Part shown: one piece after another, positions 1-13,945 of the stretch
Layout of the letters: each line of letters begins with the position of its first letter
Numbering within the stretch: the stretch's first letter is position 1
Source of the DNA: Kudoa neothunni
Taxonomy: Eukaryota > Animalia > Cnidaria
Reading direction: 5' to 3'
DNA: 64,000 nucleotides
NCBI GenBank assembly: GCA_964304625.1
Contig: OZ199840.1
Coordinates: forward strand, 4,316,490 to 4,380,489
Notes under the pieces: model-generated
What the model saw: only the letters and a program-made list of their open reading frames with translations
Database searches by the model: none
What the model was told of the DNA's origin: nothing
Program-made: the position numbers and the translations under genes

Positions 1-294
1 TAGCTTTTTTCATAGCGACATCTGAATGAAGTTATTTCAACATAAGCCGGGGGTAATCATGGCTATTAAGGTATAGATTATGTCAAATCGATGAATGAGC
101 TGAAAATTTTTCGCCATCTTTAGGTAACACACTCGACCCTCATTTATTAGAAAATCGCACTATCCGAACGATTTTTAAAAACATTTCTGAAAATCAGTGT
201 AAACTCTAGATAAAAAATAATTTAATTAATTGAAATCAGTACCCGAAAGGAAAATGCTAGGTCCCAACATTTTCGAGTAATCTGGGTTCGATTG
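1..294. mobile_element. Right end of a pogo/Tc1-mariner-type MITE that runs off the window start
   Basis: 232-296 (gaaatcagtacccgaaaggaaaatgctaggtcccaacattttcgagtaatctgggttcgattgTA) closely matches the right terminus of the 56323-57212 element and is followed by TA. The left boundary is not seen. Confidence 0.65.
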
Positions 295-345
295 TATATA
301 AAAATAGTTAATTTTTAGAACATTAAAATAATACATTTAATAGAA

Positions 346-3300
346 CTAAGAATTAAATAATTTTCTCAATATCTCAGCCCTCTTGTGGGTCGAGTTATCA
401 TAGGATCGTTGCGACGACAACCACAATGTAGGCGACACGTCGAGTATTCCTCCCAAAACCTCCAAACCAAAATAACGAGGGAAACGAGAAGTATCTTCTA
501 TAAGATGAGCAAACCCTCCGTCTTCTAAGTCGAATTCAACAGTAAAGTAAGCCAAACCTTTTGGTATTTTTTTCTACGTAAAAATGTCATTTAAAAAAAA
601 TCGCCTAAATAAATACTGTATATGAGAGTGAATTTTTAATGATCGAGTCCAGCATTATAATTGGTTTGTTAGACGATTCCTCTTCGCATTCATTCAATGC
701 CTTCTATATCATATAATATTTTGAAAATTTTTTCTTACAATTATCAATATAAACCCGACTTTTAAAAAGATCCCTTAATTAAGTTGGATTAGAAAGAAAA
801 AGAAATTACGAATAAAAATGAGTGATTGGGATGCTTGCGCAATATTAAAGAAAATATTAAACACGGTTCCTTTTTTATTTACTTTTATTAAAAAACCTAA
901 GATACTTTATGGATTATTATATGAAGAATAAGTACTACTTTTTATTTTGAAAATACCTATAAATGCTGTTATAACAAAAATTCAGCGCGGAATTTACTTT
1001 ATTAACCATTTACAGATATTTACAGAAATGTGTATATTTTTACTAAGTTATTATCGTTAATCATACGTGAACAAATGATAAAAAATTTTAAAACCTCAAT
1101 TATAAAATAAAAAATTGAACTTTACTTTTAAATTTATCAACAAATATATCTTTAAACTATTATTATATTATTTTATAAAGAATAGATTAATTGTGCTTTA
1201 TGATATTTATGTACAATAGGGAAAAATGATATATATATATATATATATATATAAATAATATTAATACTATATAAGGGCAAAACTACACCTTTATAATAAA
1301 ATGATTATTATTGTATATCTAGTTATTAGAAAGTGTATTCATTGCTGATATATATGTACATGAATTTTCGTAATGCTAATTTCCTAGACTACTAACTTAT
1401 TCATTAAGCTAAAAAAGCTATACGGAGAGTCGAATGCTGTAAAATGACCATGAGTAAATATAACGATTATTCTTTGAATTAATCATAAATTACGATCACT
1501 AAATGACTTCCAAAATAACAATTGATATGGTTTATCTTTATCAAACTTTAAGCCTCAATAAAAAAACTCTTAGTTAAATAGTATATTTTTATTTGATTTC
1601 TAGATTTCATTTATCGAGTAATGAGGATTTATTCCATGTTTTAGAATCATTCTTTAATTTATAGTTGAATTTTAATCCATATCCAAATTTATTAAATTGC
1701 TCTAATTTTCATTTATCACCAAAGTTTGTAACTACTTGCGATTTATATACTAGATTATATAAATAATACAATTTTGAACATTATTTCAAATATGTAAAGA
1801 TTATTTAATGTGGCGAAATTTTGTAAAAGATTAAAGAAATAGTCTATATCATTCTCAAAACGTTTTTGCCCAACGTTAAACAACAGAAATTGCATCAGAA
1901 CATTAAAATTTCAAATTGTAGGGCTAAACCTTACAAATCAAGAATCGAGTTAACGAATAGTCTTCGTTATGTCATTCTAATGCAAAATCTCAATAATCAT
2001 GGAAAATTCCTAGTCAAGTTGCAACAGCATGGGAGGATTTATTTAAATATGCAACTAAAATTCATTTTTATTCAAATAACACGCACGTATAAAAGATTTA
2101 GCTATTTTAAAGCTTTGATGAAAAATCGGCACCTTTCTCATATGCTTTTTTCTACAGGTCTTTGCAAAAATTAACATTAAAGAAGCGACCGTGACCCGTG
2201 AAAATCCAAAATTTCCCGTACTTTTTTGAATTAGTTATTATAATCTCTTATCACGTAAGAAACATGTTTATTTTTGTGATTAGAAGTCATTTTCAATTGT
2301 TTATCGAATTTATTATTCAATAATTAAACATTTAAAAGAATCATTACGTATGATCATTATTTTAGTATTTTTGTGCGAATGCGAAAACTTCTCATGAAAT
2401 CGACTTATTTAAAAACCAATGATGAGACTGCTTGACAAAGTGATGAGATAAGTTGGAAAACACTACATTCAGCATTTGTAAAACAACTGGCATTCAAAGT
2501 AGAATGATTAATAAGATCCTAAAGATTATTTCGTTGAAAAATAACTTTCCATTTTGGTAGAAATAATATTTTTTGACGGAATACTACATTATATGTTAAG
2601 TTCAAATTTAGTGAATTGTTAGTTCTATGAAACTATAATAATAATAATAATAATCGTATCGTATCGTATATTTTTTAATGCTTAATTTAAACGAAAATTG
2701 TTTCAGTTTGCATTTAAATATTTCTAAATGATACATCTATAACAATATTCTTTAATTGACGACTAATGTTGTCTAGAAATGTAATTTATACTATTTATAT
2801 TTACATGGTGTTGATTATTTGTATAAAATATTCGATAACAACTTTCTCCTATCATAAATGAATTTTAATATTTCAAATTCAACTAGATTCTTATATTAAA
2901 CATTAATCATAAGCTCGTGTTTGTGTTCGTTTAGTAGACCCCTAATTTATCTTAATCGCATTCTTTAATTTCCCCACTTTTCTGTCATTTAATATAAAAC
3001 ATGGTTTTATATTAAAACGGCTAATTCAGATTCAGAGGTTGGAATTTTTCACATTATTTATGATTTTATCATAAATAATCGTCTAAATAGTATATAAAAT
3101 TTTGGCTTACGTTAGAATAATTTTACAAGTTGGATAAGCACTCATTAGCTGTACTTTTATATACGTCAGCAGAGTATGAAATAAAACAAATTCGTTTTAC
3201 ATCTGATTCATTTTCACGACCACAAAATTATTCCGAGTGATAACTGAGCTAATACTTACGTCAATAACTAGCTCTTTACATGTAATTATTTTATCAAATG

Positions 3301-5494
3301 CAATCAACTTAAATTTTTGACTTTAAAAACTCATTCGGTCGTACGCCACGAGCAACTGATAAATTACTTTCTTTCCAAATGTTATATTGCTTTTATTTAT
3401 GAAATATCTCAAAGATATAAGCAAATTTAAACTTTTTTTTAATTTATATATAAGGTATATCATAAAACGTCTAATATTGAACCATTAAATACAAAATGGA
3501 ACAATTTCCCATTATTTTGCATTAAAAACGGAAATTCAAACGCTTTATTTTATATTTCCAATGAAATAAAACATAAATCTACACGATTCAACAAAAAAAA
3601 ATTTACGCACCATGGATTAAGCGTTTGATTTAATACACTGGTAATTTCCTAGTTCAGTTAAAAAGAAATTTTGTAAAACTTTACCCCGTTATAATCATAA
3701 ATATATCATAAAAAATATTTTAATATATATTATATATAACGTGGATTAACGAAATTTCGGTCACCTACTATACTTGTTAACTTCCGTTTATCAAAATACG
3801 TTTCTATCATTAAAGTGAAATTCTTACATTATTTAAGGTAATTATTGAATCACAACTAAACAATTGCTTTAGAAATTAGCCTACTTTAAAATGGATCTTT
3901 GGTAAATTAGCATATTCCATATCGATAGGGATACAATCGATTTTCATATGTTCAAATGAATTCCTCTTGTAGAAGGTTTCCATGAAAATGGTGTATTTGT
4001 TCTTATTCAATGTATAGAATAAAAGAGAAACAAACTATATTAGATACTTGTTTATGGAAAAATCTAGCCAACTTTTGTTTATATTGCTTAATAAAATTGT
4101 CAAAATATGTGTTATTATTGCGATAATACATGTATTGATTGGACTACATCTTCATCGCATCGCACAAGCGAATCAATATGTTGCAGGGGTATCAAAATAC
4201 AATGATCCTTATTCAACGGACTGAGTGATTGTACCATCAATACAGCCTATCATTTACATCTATCATCTAATTATTTGGTTAGTAAGGTCACATTTTTATC
4301 TTTTGAAACCAAACATTCTTGAGTGAATCTTCTATTTCCAATACAGAACGGGCATTTTTCGATTATTCCTTCCAGCAATCGTGATTCTAGTTATTTTTAT
4401 TTATATTTTGAAAAAAATCAACCAATATAAACGTATATACATATATATACATATTTATATATGCGAATAAAATACCCGATTGATAGGATTTATTGACGGA
4501 CGTAGTGAAACGTTTGTCCAACGAAAAATCATCACCCAGCGCATTCAAAGTCTATTTATTTAGATAAGAAATTGACGACTGAAAAAATAAAAACACACTT
4601 TCTTAGAAAGCTTTAAATGACCACGAATCATATCATCATTTGTGGTCAACATTTCTTCTCGAATCTATCAGCAGGATAAAATAAAACGATGCAATTTCAA
4701 TCAATCACCATGTCTTGAATCGAACTATTTGCTTCGTCGCCAGGGGATAATCTACGTCCAAAATGTGGTATAATATCTCCTTTGTCGTTCCGTTGGGTTA
4801 GTAGAACACAATTTTGTGAGGGTGATTCTGTAAGTGATATTTTTGTCAAATTTCTTAATTGTTCCAACTTGGCTGTATCCCCCCTCAACTCAGCTCGTAA
4901 TATCTCTGCCGCCAATTGGTTTTCAGTCATATCCAATTTTAATTGTTCATTGTCAACCATCTTATTCATTTCGGTTGTCAATTTATTAGTTATTACTTGT
5001 TGATCATCATGGTTATTCTTTCCAATAAAATCTTGGATTGTGTTAAGACCCGCCTATATACACATTGTATTAACAAAAAGCACAAGCCTATTATTGGCAT
5101 GTGATATGACTTTAATGGGAGTAATTTTCGATTCAATTTCTGCAACAACTGGAGTTGGTTTTTCATTGCTAATACCAAACAATGCGTTAAATCTATCTTC
5201 ATCCCCATCTGTTTGGTTAATGGCTAAATTATTTGTTGTACTAAAATTATTTGCTGGTGCTTCTATCCAATCATCGTCAGAATCTTCTGGATATTGATTA
5301 GTAAGTTCTACATGTTTTCGGTTGGATTTTTCTGCTTTTTCTTTTCGTTTAGATTTATTTTTCTGCTTCTACAAAATATCTAATCCCGTAGTTGATAAAT
5401 TTCCTAATACTTTTTTGCCCTAAATTAAACCCGTATTACCACACATGTGCAGATGGATTTATATTACAGCTCTATCATCCTTTGGTGGTTTCAT
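346..5494 (-). CDS. CWF19L2: CWF19-like protein 2 (spliceosome-associated, CwfJ C-terminal domains), multi-exon
   Basis: Manually spliced exons give NQLAAEILRAELRGD..VLLTQRNDKG, CPFCIG, HCILIPLQH..DEDV, IFMETF..HMKIDCIPI..IHFK|KALNECEEE and IPKGLAYFTVEFDLEDGGFAHLIED..FPRYFGLEVLGGILDV. These match CWF19L2 motifs in order. Introns are mostly tiny, plus one 3.2-kb intron (704-3884). The start codon is approximate. Confidence 0.9.
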
Positions 5495-6850
5495 TGTGAC
5501 TGCGCGTGCGCGATGTTTGAATATTGATTAGCATGTGCATATTTCCTACTTTATTCTGTCCAAAAAAACTTTATTAATTTAGATTAAATCAAAAAAAATG
5601 TGAATTATTTGAATTAATGTATTGTAAATATTTTAATATCAGTTATAGTTTATATTTTATAGGGTGATTCCGCGAACCCTAAATTTAAATTTTTGGTGTG
5701 TATCTTTTTTTTTATTCAAAAGTATTATTAATGTTGTCTTCAATTTATATTATTGGGTTCATTTTTTATTTTATAATGTGAGTTAAAAATACTATGAGAT
5801 TACAGAGTAGGTTATAGGAAATTCGTGATATTCTTTAAAATTTTATTAGATCAATTGGATTGAAGTTATGATATTTTGAATGTTTTATAATTATTATGAT
5901 GATTTTTAATTTTTGTAGAATATAAAACTCTGGATTATATTTTTTAGCGAAAATTGTAATGGAAAATTTTTAATCGATATTCAAAAATTTCGTTTCAGTT
6001 TGACTGAAAATTCTTGATCATCTTGAGAAACAGTTGGTGTAAGAATTCGTAAATTGAAATAACTGAGGCATGTTATAGAATATCAGATTTTGTGGCGGGG
6101 TGCCTAAATAAGTAAAATAAAAAAATTTGTATTTGGTTTTAAATATATTATGTTTAAGCTTTAAGTGGAATTTCACAAAATAGAGAGTCATTTAAACAAT
6201 TAATTAAAAATTATTACCTCCCGCTAAAAAATAACTATGTCCTCTAAATTCTAAGTAGAGTATGGATAATGTTATAAAAAGGTAAAAAAGAAAGAAAAGT
6301 TATTATCAATTGAGATAATAATATCAAAAGTAAGGTTGCAGTGATAAAATAAATAGGTAGAAAAATGTGAGTTGTAGATGATTGTGTATCTTTCAAAATA
6401 GATTTTACAAAATGGTGTGCATTTATAGAACAACTAGCGCTGTATACTTGGAGGATTTATTCGGAGATAATTCAATTTTACGAAATCTCTGGATATTACT
6501 AAATAGTCGTAATTATAATATTCATTTGACTATATCATTACACATAATTATTTGAGTGATTGTATTATTTTTCAAGAATCATTATTTACTGGATTCTTTA
6601 TATATAAATATTGTTATTTACATACCAATGTAAATAAAAATAATAATAGGTTAATTTAAATTGCACATAAAAATGTTAAAAAAATGATGATGAATATTGT
6701 TGATAAATATAGACGGAACTCTATGTATAAATTTAGTTCATGATCTATACTAGATTTGTAAATAGACAAGAAATAATAACCAAATAAATATTATTCAAGC
6801 TATTAAAACAAAATTTCCCCTATTTAAATACTTAAATAATGAAAAGTTTT

Positions 6851-7102
6851 CAATAGAGCCTCGATATAGCGTGTTTCATTACAGCGGAGTTGAGGTTTCT
6901 TGTCAAAGTTTAGACTTTATTCAAAAAGCTTCGATTTATATGTTTTCATGCAATAAAATTGGACATGAAAAACGAAACAAAAACAAATAAATAAATAAAT
7001 ATATATATATATATATATGATAATATAAGGGAATTATAATGATTTCCTATAGCGTAGTAAACTCTAAATCCCGATTTAATACGCTATATTGAGATTTTAC
7101 CG
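6851..7102. mobile_element. Degenerate pogo-type MITE (~250 bp)
   Basis: Imperfect TIRs caatagagcctcgatatagcgt / acgctatattgagattttaccg, with TA at the right side. Confidence 0.55.
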
Positions 7103-7991
7103 TATTTTCTTGTTTCCCGCCAAACACGATGTTTCAACAGATACAATACAACAGGAATAAAAAAATAAACTAACTACTCTCAATCTGGTATGTTAAAATT
7201 TATTTTTTCTAATCTAAATAATTATCTTGTTTATCCAATTTTTATAATTTTTCGTAAGAGAATATTCTAAATATAAAATGATTGTCCTATTTTCCATAGA
7301 TTATTACGATAATAGGTCATATTAAAAATTCCAACCTTAATTTTAATATTAAAGCGTATATATTATTAAATAGACCTAAAAACAGAGATTATAATACAAA
7401 ACAAAACTGAAAATGGTTTATTTTTATTATTTTACTATGAAGCTCGATTATCCTCATAGTAAAAGATTATTTGGTCACGTGATTCGCAAAAAATATTTTA
7501 TGGAATGGCCATTGGTGCGGTTAATAATATTCGGGTGTCATTAGTTTATGCTATATTTAATTATTCACGCACTTAAGAATGAAGCAATGGACTAGAAATA
7601 ATAAAAATAAATCAAATTATACAAAATTAAATCTGTAGACAGCTTGTGAATAAGAGTTACTTGGATTAAAAATTACATTGTACATGTGTGTACTTCTCTT
7701 TTAATTAAATTTTAAAAACGCAAATAACCTCTGTCAAAATCTAATTAGTTTGTAATAGATGAGAGATATATGAAATATTTCTTGGAAGTATGTAATTCTC
7801 AAGTTTGAACTTAACCTCAGAAAAATTATGAATAAAATCTAAGCTAGTTTATCGAGAAAAGCAAATTCGACAAGTGAATACACAGCGGTAAACTAAACGT
7901 TATCTACTTCATGAAATAAGGCCTGATTCCTAGCAGGAGATAACATGAGTAAAAATGGAAATTTCATTCCCTATGAATAAACCATCTAACG

Positions 7992-8587
7992 CAGGGGTTC
8001 TCAGTCGTTTTTACAAATTTACCCCCTCGGCTTGGGAGCCAAATTCATATTTATATTAAGGTTTTATACTGTGTTAACTTTGGTATATGCAATTTGAGGG
8101 GTAAATTCTGATCATAAAGGGCATGTACGCATGTATAATGAGAATTTTTAATCCCACCAACTCTTACTCAAAAAGCCGTCTACAGATTTAATTTTTTAGA
8201 TTTTGTTATATTGACTAATTTCTACCCAAATCTTTCGCTGTTAAGGCGAAGAAATAATTCAAAAAATAATCAAAACTAATGTTATCTTAATATTATGTAC
8301 CATGTAAATAGCCACTTTAAGTATTTTTGTTAGGATACATCATTAAAAAATAAACGAGCCATATAAGGAAGAGACTAATTATAGTTTTATAAATAGTTGT
8401 TAAATATTTATACTTAACAACATTTCTGTCAACTTCTTATTGAGTTTACCAGCCTCGAATAATATAGTTCCTTAGAAGTCCTTGTGCAAGTCAAAAACCC
8501 CTTTATGCAAAAATTGCTTCTATCAAAGTTTGATGTAGATTAATTTACCCTAGTCATTTAAAATTTCCTCCCAGTTGAGAAACCTTT
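7992..8587. mobile_element. hAT-type non-autonomous element
   Basis: Ends CAGGGGTTCTCA.. / ..ttgagaaaccttt. Flanking 8-mers atctaacg / ttctaatg (6/8 match) fit a decayed 8-bp TSD. Confidence 0.55.
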
Positions 8588-9738
8588 TTCTAATGGATTT
8601 GATGTAGAAAATTGCTCCAATGAGACTTTGTTTATTGAATAATTCATTATTTATGACTTCAAACTTTCTGAGATTATCTGTATTTCTTCAAAATAATGTT
8701 ATTTACATATTAAAATAAGAAACAAATTTTTAACTATGGTATTGGCGGAAATATACATTTTCCATCTTCCGATGGATTTTAGGGCAGAAAAATACTCCCC
8801 GTTTTTCTTTGTGGAAATTAAAGTAGATACTTTTTAATCCAAATGATGGGTTTTAAGATTTTCTATGGTTTATATTCTACGATATAACGCTTACAAACTG
8901 TAAATAAAACATTTGAGTCTATTCGAAAAAGTGTTTTTGGTGATGATATTTTCCGGCGGAAGTTCTTGAACTGACGGAGAAATTATTATATGGCCTATTA
9001 ATTGAGAGATACATGTCAAACAAGAATCTTAAATTTCCTTCAATACTTATTCCAAGAAAATGCGATAAAAAGACAACGTAATGTGTGCAATATGCAATAA
9101 ATATTAGTGCAAGAACCACCTAATAAATGTTAATCTATGTTGTTTACATTAAATGCGATTTATTTAAGGCATAAAATAGAGTCTAAGGAGTTACGTAGAT
9201 GAATATTTTAATTTTAATAGCTTTAATTAGAACAACACATAATCAATCAAAATCGGACTTAAAATTTAATACGACGGTTATTGACGAAAATGGTATTCGT
9301 AGGATTATGGAGATAATTGACGAGTTTATTTACGTTGTAACACTGTATTCTTTTTTATATCCGTTAAAATTTTCAGTATTTCATATAAGGAAATTTGTTT
9401 GTAACAAATGATAGAATAAAAACCTTTGGTATTTTTCCACCCAAAGATCCATCGGAATGCAGTTGATTTTCGGTACGTTAGAGGATTAAAATAATCTTTA
9501 TATTAAAATTAATATTTTTTATATTTAATATAAAAAATATTAATCATATTTCGAATGCATGTCCTCTAATTGATCTCTTATAATGAATCGGATGAATTTA
9601 ATATTACTGCCGGATTATTTATTATAGTGTCTTTTCTCTCACTAACGGATGAATAAACTTTTCAATCTCTTTTAACATGAACAATATAAATTGTTTCAAC
9701 TTTATTATGTGAAATTTTAATAGCCTCCTTATTTCCAA

Positions 9739-9858
9739 AAGTACTCAATAAAATTCAACACAAACTAGAAACGGTTAAAATGTAGAATAGTGGCCGTATT
9801 CCAAATCAGCGACACCGGACAAAAACGGACCTGTTGAATATTTTATTATTGAGTACTT
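9739..9858. repeat. Short inverted-repeat element (possible MITE)
   Basis: aagtactcaataaaattcaaca ... tgttgaatattttattattgagtactt form imperfect inverted arms. Confidence 0.45.
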
Positions 9859-11265
9859 ATCAATGTTGCATCTCCAATGGTGTAACTTAGGCAACAGCTA
9901 TTTGTCATCACAATAATAGTTGATGTAAACTATTATATGTTGTACTTCTAGTTCCTCGCGATTATTTCAACAGGCTGTACCACCAATCAAGTCGGTTCGA
10001 GTAAAGCTTGCTTTATTTATTTTAAAATTTAAATTGGAAAATTCTGATTTTGATGGATTATCACAATATAACCTTAGCGATAGTCTACTGTATCAATTCC
10101 TAATCAATAAGAATAAGAGTTTCATTTTTTATATAAGCATTCGCCAATTAATTATAGTAAATGCATAACATTAATATCAAAAATAATTTGTTATAATTAA
10201 TTCAATCATTCCCATCATTAAATGCTCAACAAATATCCCATTAATTTAATTTAAAATATGCAGGATTAATGTACGAATTAATTATAACCTTTAATTGGAA
10301 AATGCGACCACCATTCTACATTATAGCCCTCGAAACAACTAAGAATAAGATTAATCGACGAATAGCTTTATTTTTAATAATAATAATAATTTAAAAAAGA
10401 TAACAGATTTTAAATTATTTTGGAAATGATTATTAACAAACCAAAAAATAAATGCCTTAGGAAATCGATTATATTCAAACTATACATATTTCTGAATAAT
10501 AAATCAAATGAAAGCCCATACATATTTTCATCATAACGCCCTTGGAGAATATAAATTTTTGTGGTATATTGTTATCAAACTTCTCTCCAAGAATCTATAC
10601 CAAATGCCCAGAATAATAATAATAATAATAATATAAATAATAAAATGTATGAGATTAATTTTTTTAAATAGATCGAGGTGAAAAAATAACGTCATTTTTT
10701 ATAATGTAAGCCAAAAAGAGTCTTTACCACTTAAATATCATAAATTGTCGCGCGGAATCGTTGATATTCGTCAAATCAAATAACCATCCCCATTAACGTT
10801 TTTTAGATTTGATTTGACGTGGCTATTTGCAAAAATGTCTTTCGTTTAATTTCAAAAACTCTAATACTTCCTACTTGTCAATTCCCCAAAGTATTGATTG
10901 ATTTTCTGAAAGTAGCTAATTTTTCGTTGATATTATTTCAAGGATGCACAAAACTTTATCACTACGTAACAAAAGAATTTTCATCCTACACTAAACCCCT
11001 ATTATAAAAATGATACGAATTATTCCGTTTGCATGGTAGGAGAAACAAAATTCTCAAGGCAAATTGAATAATTCTATTCAAAAATCAAACAATCTTGATA
11101 AATTGTTCAATGATTAGAAATGTAACCCAAAATATTAAAAAGGGATATTAAATAAGTGATTAAATTAATGATAAATCGCTCTATAATATCATCCACATAA
11201 AATCGACTAAATGAACTCTTTAGTGCTGTCCGAGCTCGGACGACTTCACCCGGCGGGATTCAGTT

Positions 11266-13794
11266 ATGGATTCTCGCTTTGTGGACGTCACTTGTAGATC
11301 TGCGGCTCTTAGAGAAATGTAGTTTTTTAGTTTGTAGCCTACAGATTAGAAAAATATAATAATTTCAACACAGCCCTTATAAACTGTTTAAATTGATGAG
11401 TGATGTGTTTGATGATGATTTTGTTCTGTTTTTTAAGTTAACTTTACGATTAACACTAATATAATTGTTGTCTTACGATTAACTGACTTTTTCACTGGTG
11501 TGTGTATTCGTAGAGAGAAAGGTATTTCAATGTGTGGGAATGAACCCGGATTGTCAGCTATCGAATTGGAAGCCCGTATCTTTTCAAGCTCGAAGGACAA
11601 GGTGATATCGTGTGTTGTTTTCAGGATATTTTACAACATGGTAAAGGCAACCTACATTATCAATATTGAGCGAAGTTTGCAGCTGCTAAGTTAGTTTTTG
11701 AGTGGGTACGATAGTCGACTGAATATATGACGATTAGAGAAAAAGTCAACATTCAGCAATTCATTTGGTCCGAATCGATCAGTTCCTAGTCAAATCAATA
11801 ATTTACCCAGATCAAATTGTAAAATTTTAACTGGATGATCGTAGTTGATGATGATGATGATGATAGTGAATGGAGTGCATTCTTCGCTACCCGCCAACAA
11901 TGGTAATCATTTGATAGCCGAAAGTAATCCACCCCACCTTTTCATATACGAGAACTACGTTTTTTATTATTAGGCGACAATCTGCAGCGAAAACTGTTGT
12001 ATATTAAGTCGTTTCGTACATCGTTGGAGCATTTTATTGCGAATGGTTGTTGTCTTTAAGTTGAATATAAAACGAATAAATGATTTTAGCTTCTTTCAGC
12101 GATTCTCAGAAACGATTCTGTCACACATTGTTACGTTTCATTACAACCCTTGAGAACAATTCGTATGAAACCAACTGCACTCAAACTCTAATATTCTATT
12201 GTTGCTGTGTAGTATTCCATCGTTGGATGTGGCTGATAGATGTGCCAAGGCGTTGGATGCATTGTTTCCTTCTGGGTCCATTGATGAATATCGCTAAGGG
12301 GTCAATCGATTCGCAGGCGCAATTTAAGTCTTCAAACTGTATCAAAGCTCAGCCCACATCTACCAATCTAATTAATCCAACTATAAATACGCCCACTTTC
12401 TCTACTAATGTTGTTGGAGCTCATGCGTCGTCTAATCTAATCAGTTCTAATAAAAATCCCCCTTCATTTGTTCCCAATAACATTGGAACGCCTGCGCACT
12501 CGATACCTAACAACCTTATTAATCCGATTAAAATTCCTACTAGTTTTCCCGCTAATATTGTTGATGCTCGGATGCCTTCAGCATCTACCGGTGTGATTAA
12601 TTCAATTAAGAAGCCATCGATTTTCCCCACCGATGCTATTAGAGCTACGTTGCGTTGCCCACCCGTAGCTCCTACAAGCTCGGTTGCAGTTGAAGCTTCC
12701 ATTGTCGCTGCACAACACGCGACAAATGTCGATCCTACTGTGCAAATTTATAAGAACGGTGAGAGAAATAGGAGCGAAGTCGCTGGGGGTCATGGTGATT
12801 TGATGACCCTGGGTTTGGGCGGAAAGCCGAATACAGGTCAGACTGGCAATGGTTTGCAGTTGGGACGGCTCTCAAATCAGACAGTTGATGACACGCAGTC
12901 AACCCCTAACTGCAACCAGCCAGTATGCCGTAGTGAATGGGGGCAACGTAACAACAGCCGCATTTCAGCCGTCAATTATGACCAAATCGGTCCCAAACAA
13001 CGAAAATCTGTCGTTGGACAGTGATAAAAAACGAACACTCCAAAAAATAATGAATGGTAATAACGATGATCCACCGGCTCCGAAACGGATGAAGATAGAC
13101 TCCTCCACCAACTACCGACTCCAAATCAACAGCACCGAACAACAACCACAACAGGAAGATGATCACTACGCCACCATCCGAGAAATCGGCGCAACTTTAA
13201 GCGAACATTTGAATTCAAAACAAAAATCCAATCAACAACTTAATGCAATAGCTCAGTATTCAATGCTCGTTAGAACCGTAGTAACGGTCCCTGATTTTGT
13301 GAAGAGCACAAGTTATTCCTGTCTGCAGTTGACTCTCTCGCAGATAACACAATTGAGGATGAGTATTTCTCGCCGAATTTAATCTATGAAATATCAAAGT
13401 ATCAGCATCTGTGTGACACCTCGCTACACACCATCGATAACACACAGACAACACATGTTCGTATAAAACCCTGTAACACATACATATACATATATGTGCG
13501 AGTTGGTTGAAATGTTATTAAGCGAGCCAAAACTATGCTGATAACCAAGAAGAGCTATGGTTGGATATTCAGAATGAATTCCCTTTCACTATTCAAAATT
13601 ATAAAATCCACTCAAACCATTTGGGTAATGGTCTGGTTGTGTGTTGATTTTTAGATTGTAGCTTGATGATAGATAACGAAGACAACTGCTCAAGAATGGT
13701 CTCAACTGTTGGTCGTTTGATAGAATCTGCAATTGCCTCCGAATCAACCCTCACACTGGCAGATATTCTTTCTAATCTTTTTAGCAAAAACTAG
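11266..13794 (+). CDS. Probable divergent Mediator subunit 15-like protein (N-terminal KIX-like domain, low-complexity middle, NLS), multi-exon
   Basis: The spliced N-terminus CRSAALREI|EKGISMCG..SAIELEARIFSSSKDK|..YNMVKATYIINIER resembles the MED15 KIX domain. It is followed by an N/P/S-rich region, PAPKRMK (NLS-like) and a C-terminal LWLDIQNEFP..LTLADILSNLF reminiscent of the MED15 C-terminus. Some splice junctions are unresolved. Confidence 0.55.
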
Positions 13795-13945
13795 TCAATT
13801 CATTGCACATATACAAATAATTGTGTTTGCGCGTTATTTTGTATTTGTTGTAGATTTTGTATGTTGTGATTTTTGCCGCTATTTTATTATCTTGTTTATG
13901 TTATGTTGATGGGCTTTTTCTCTCTATAATATTAATTGTTTAATG

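Noticed and set aside
1229-1252. (TA)n tracts here and near 7000 and 36950
   Set aside because: They are ordinary microsatellites in an AT-rich genome.
1866-2174. 102-aa ORF on + strand
   Set aside because: It lies in the large CWF19L2 intron, has a non-ATG start and AT-biased composition, and shows no recognisable motif.
12421-13481. Minus-strand ORFs overlapping the MED15-like gene
   Set aside because: They are antisense shadows of a GC-richer coding region.
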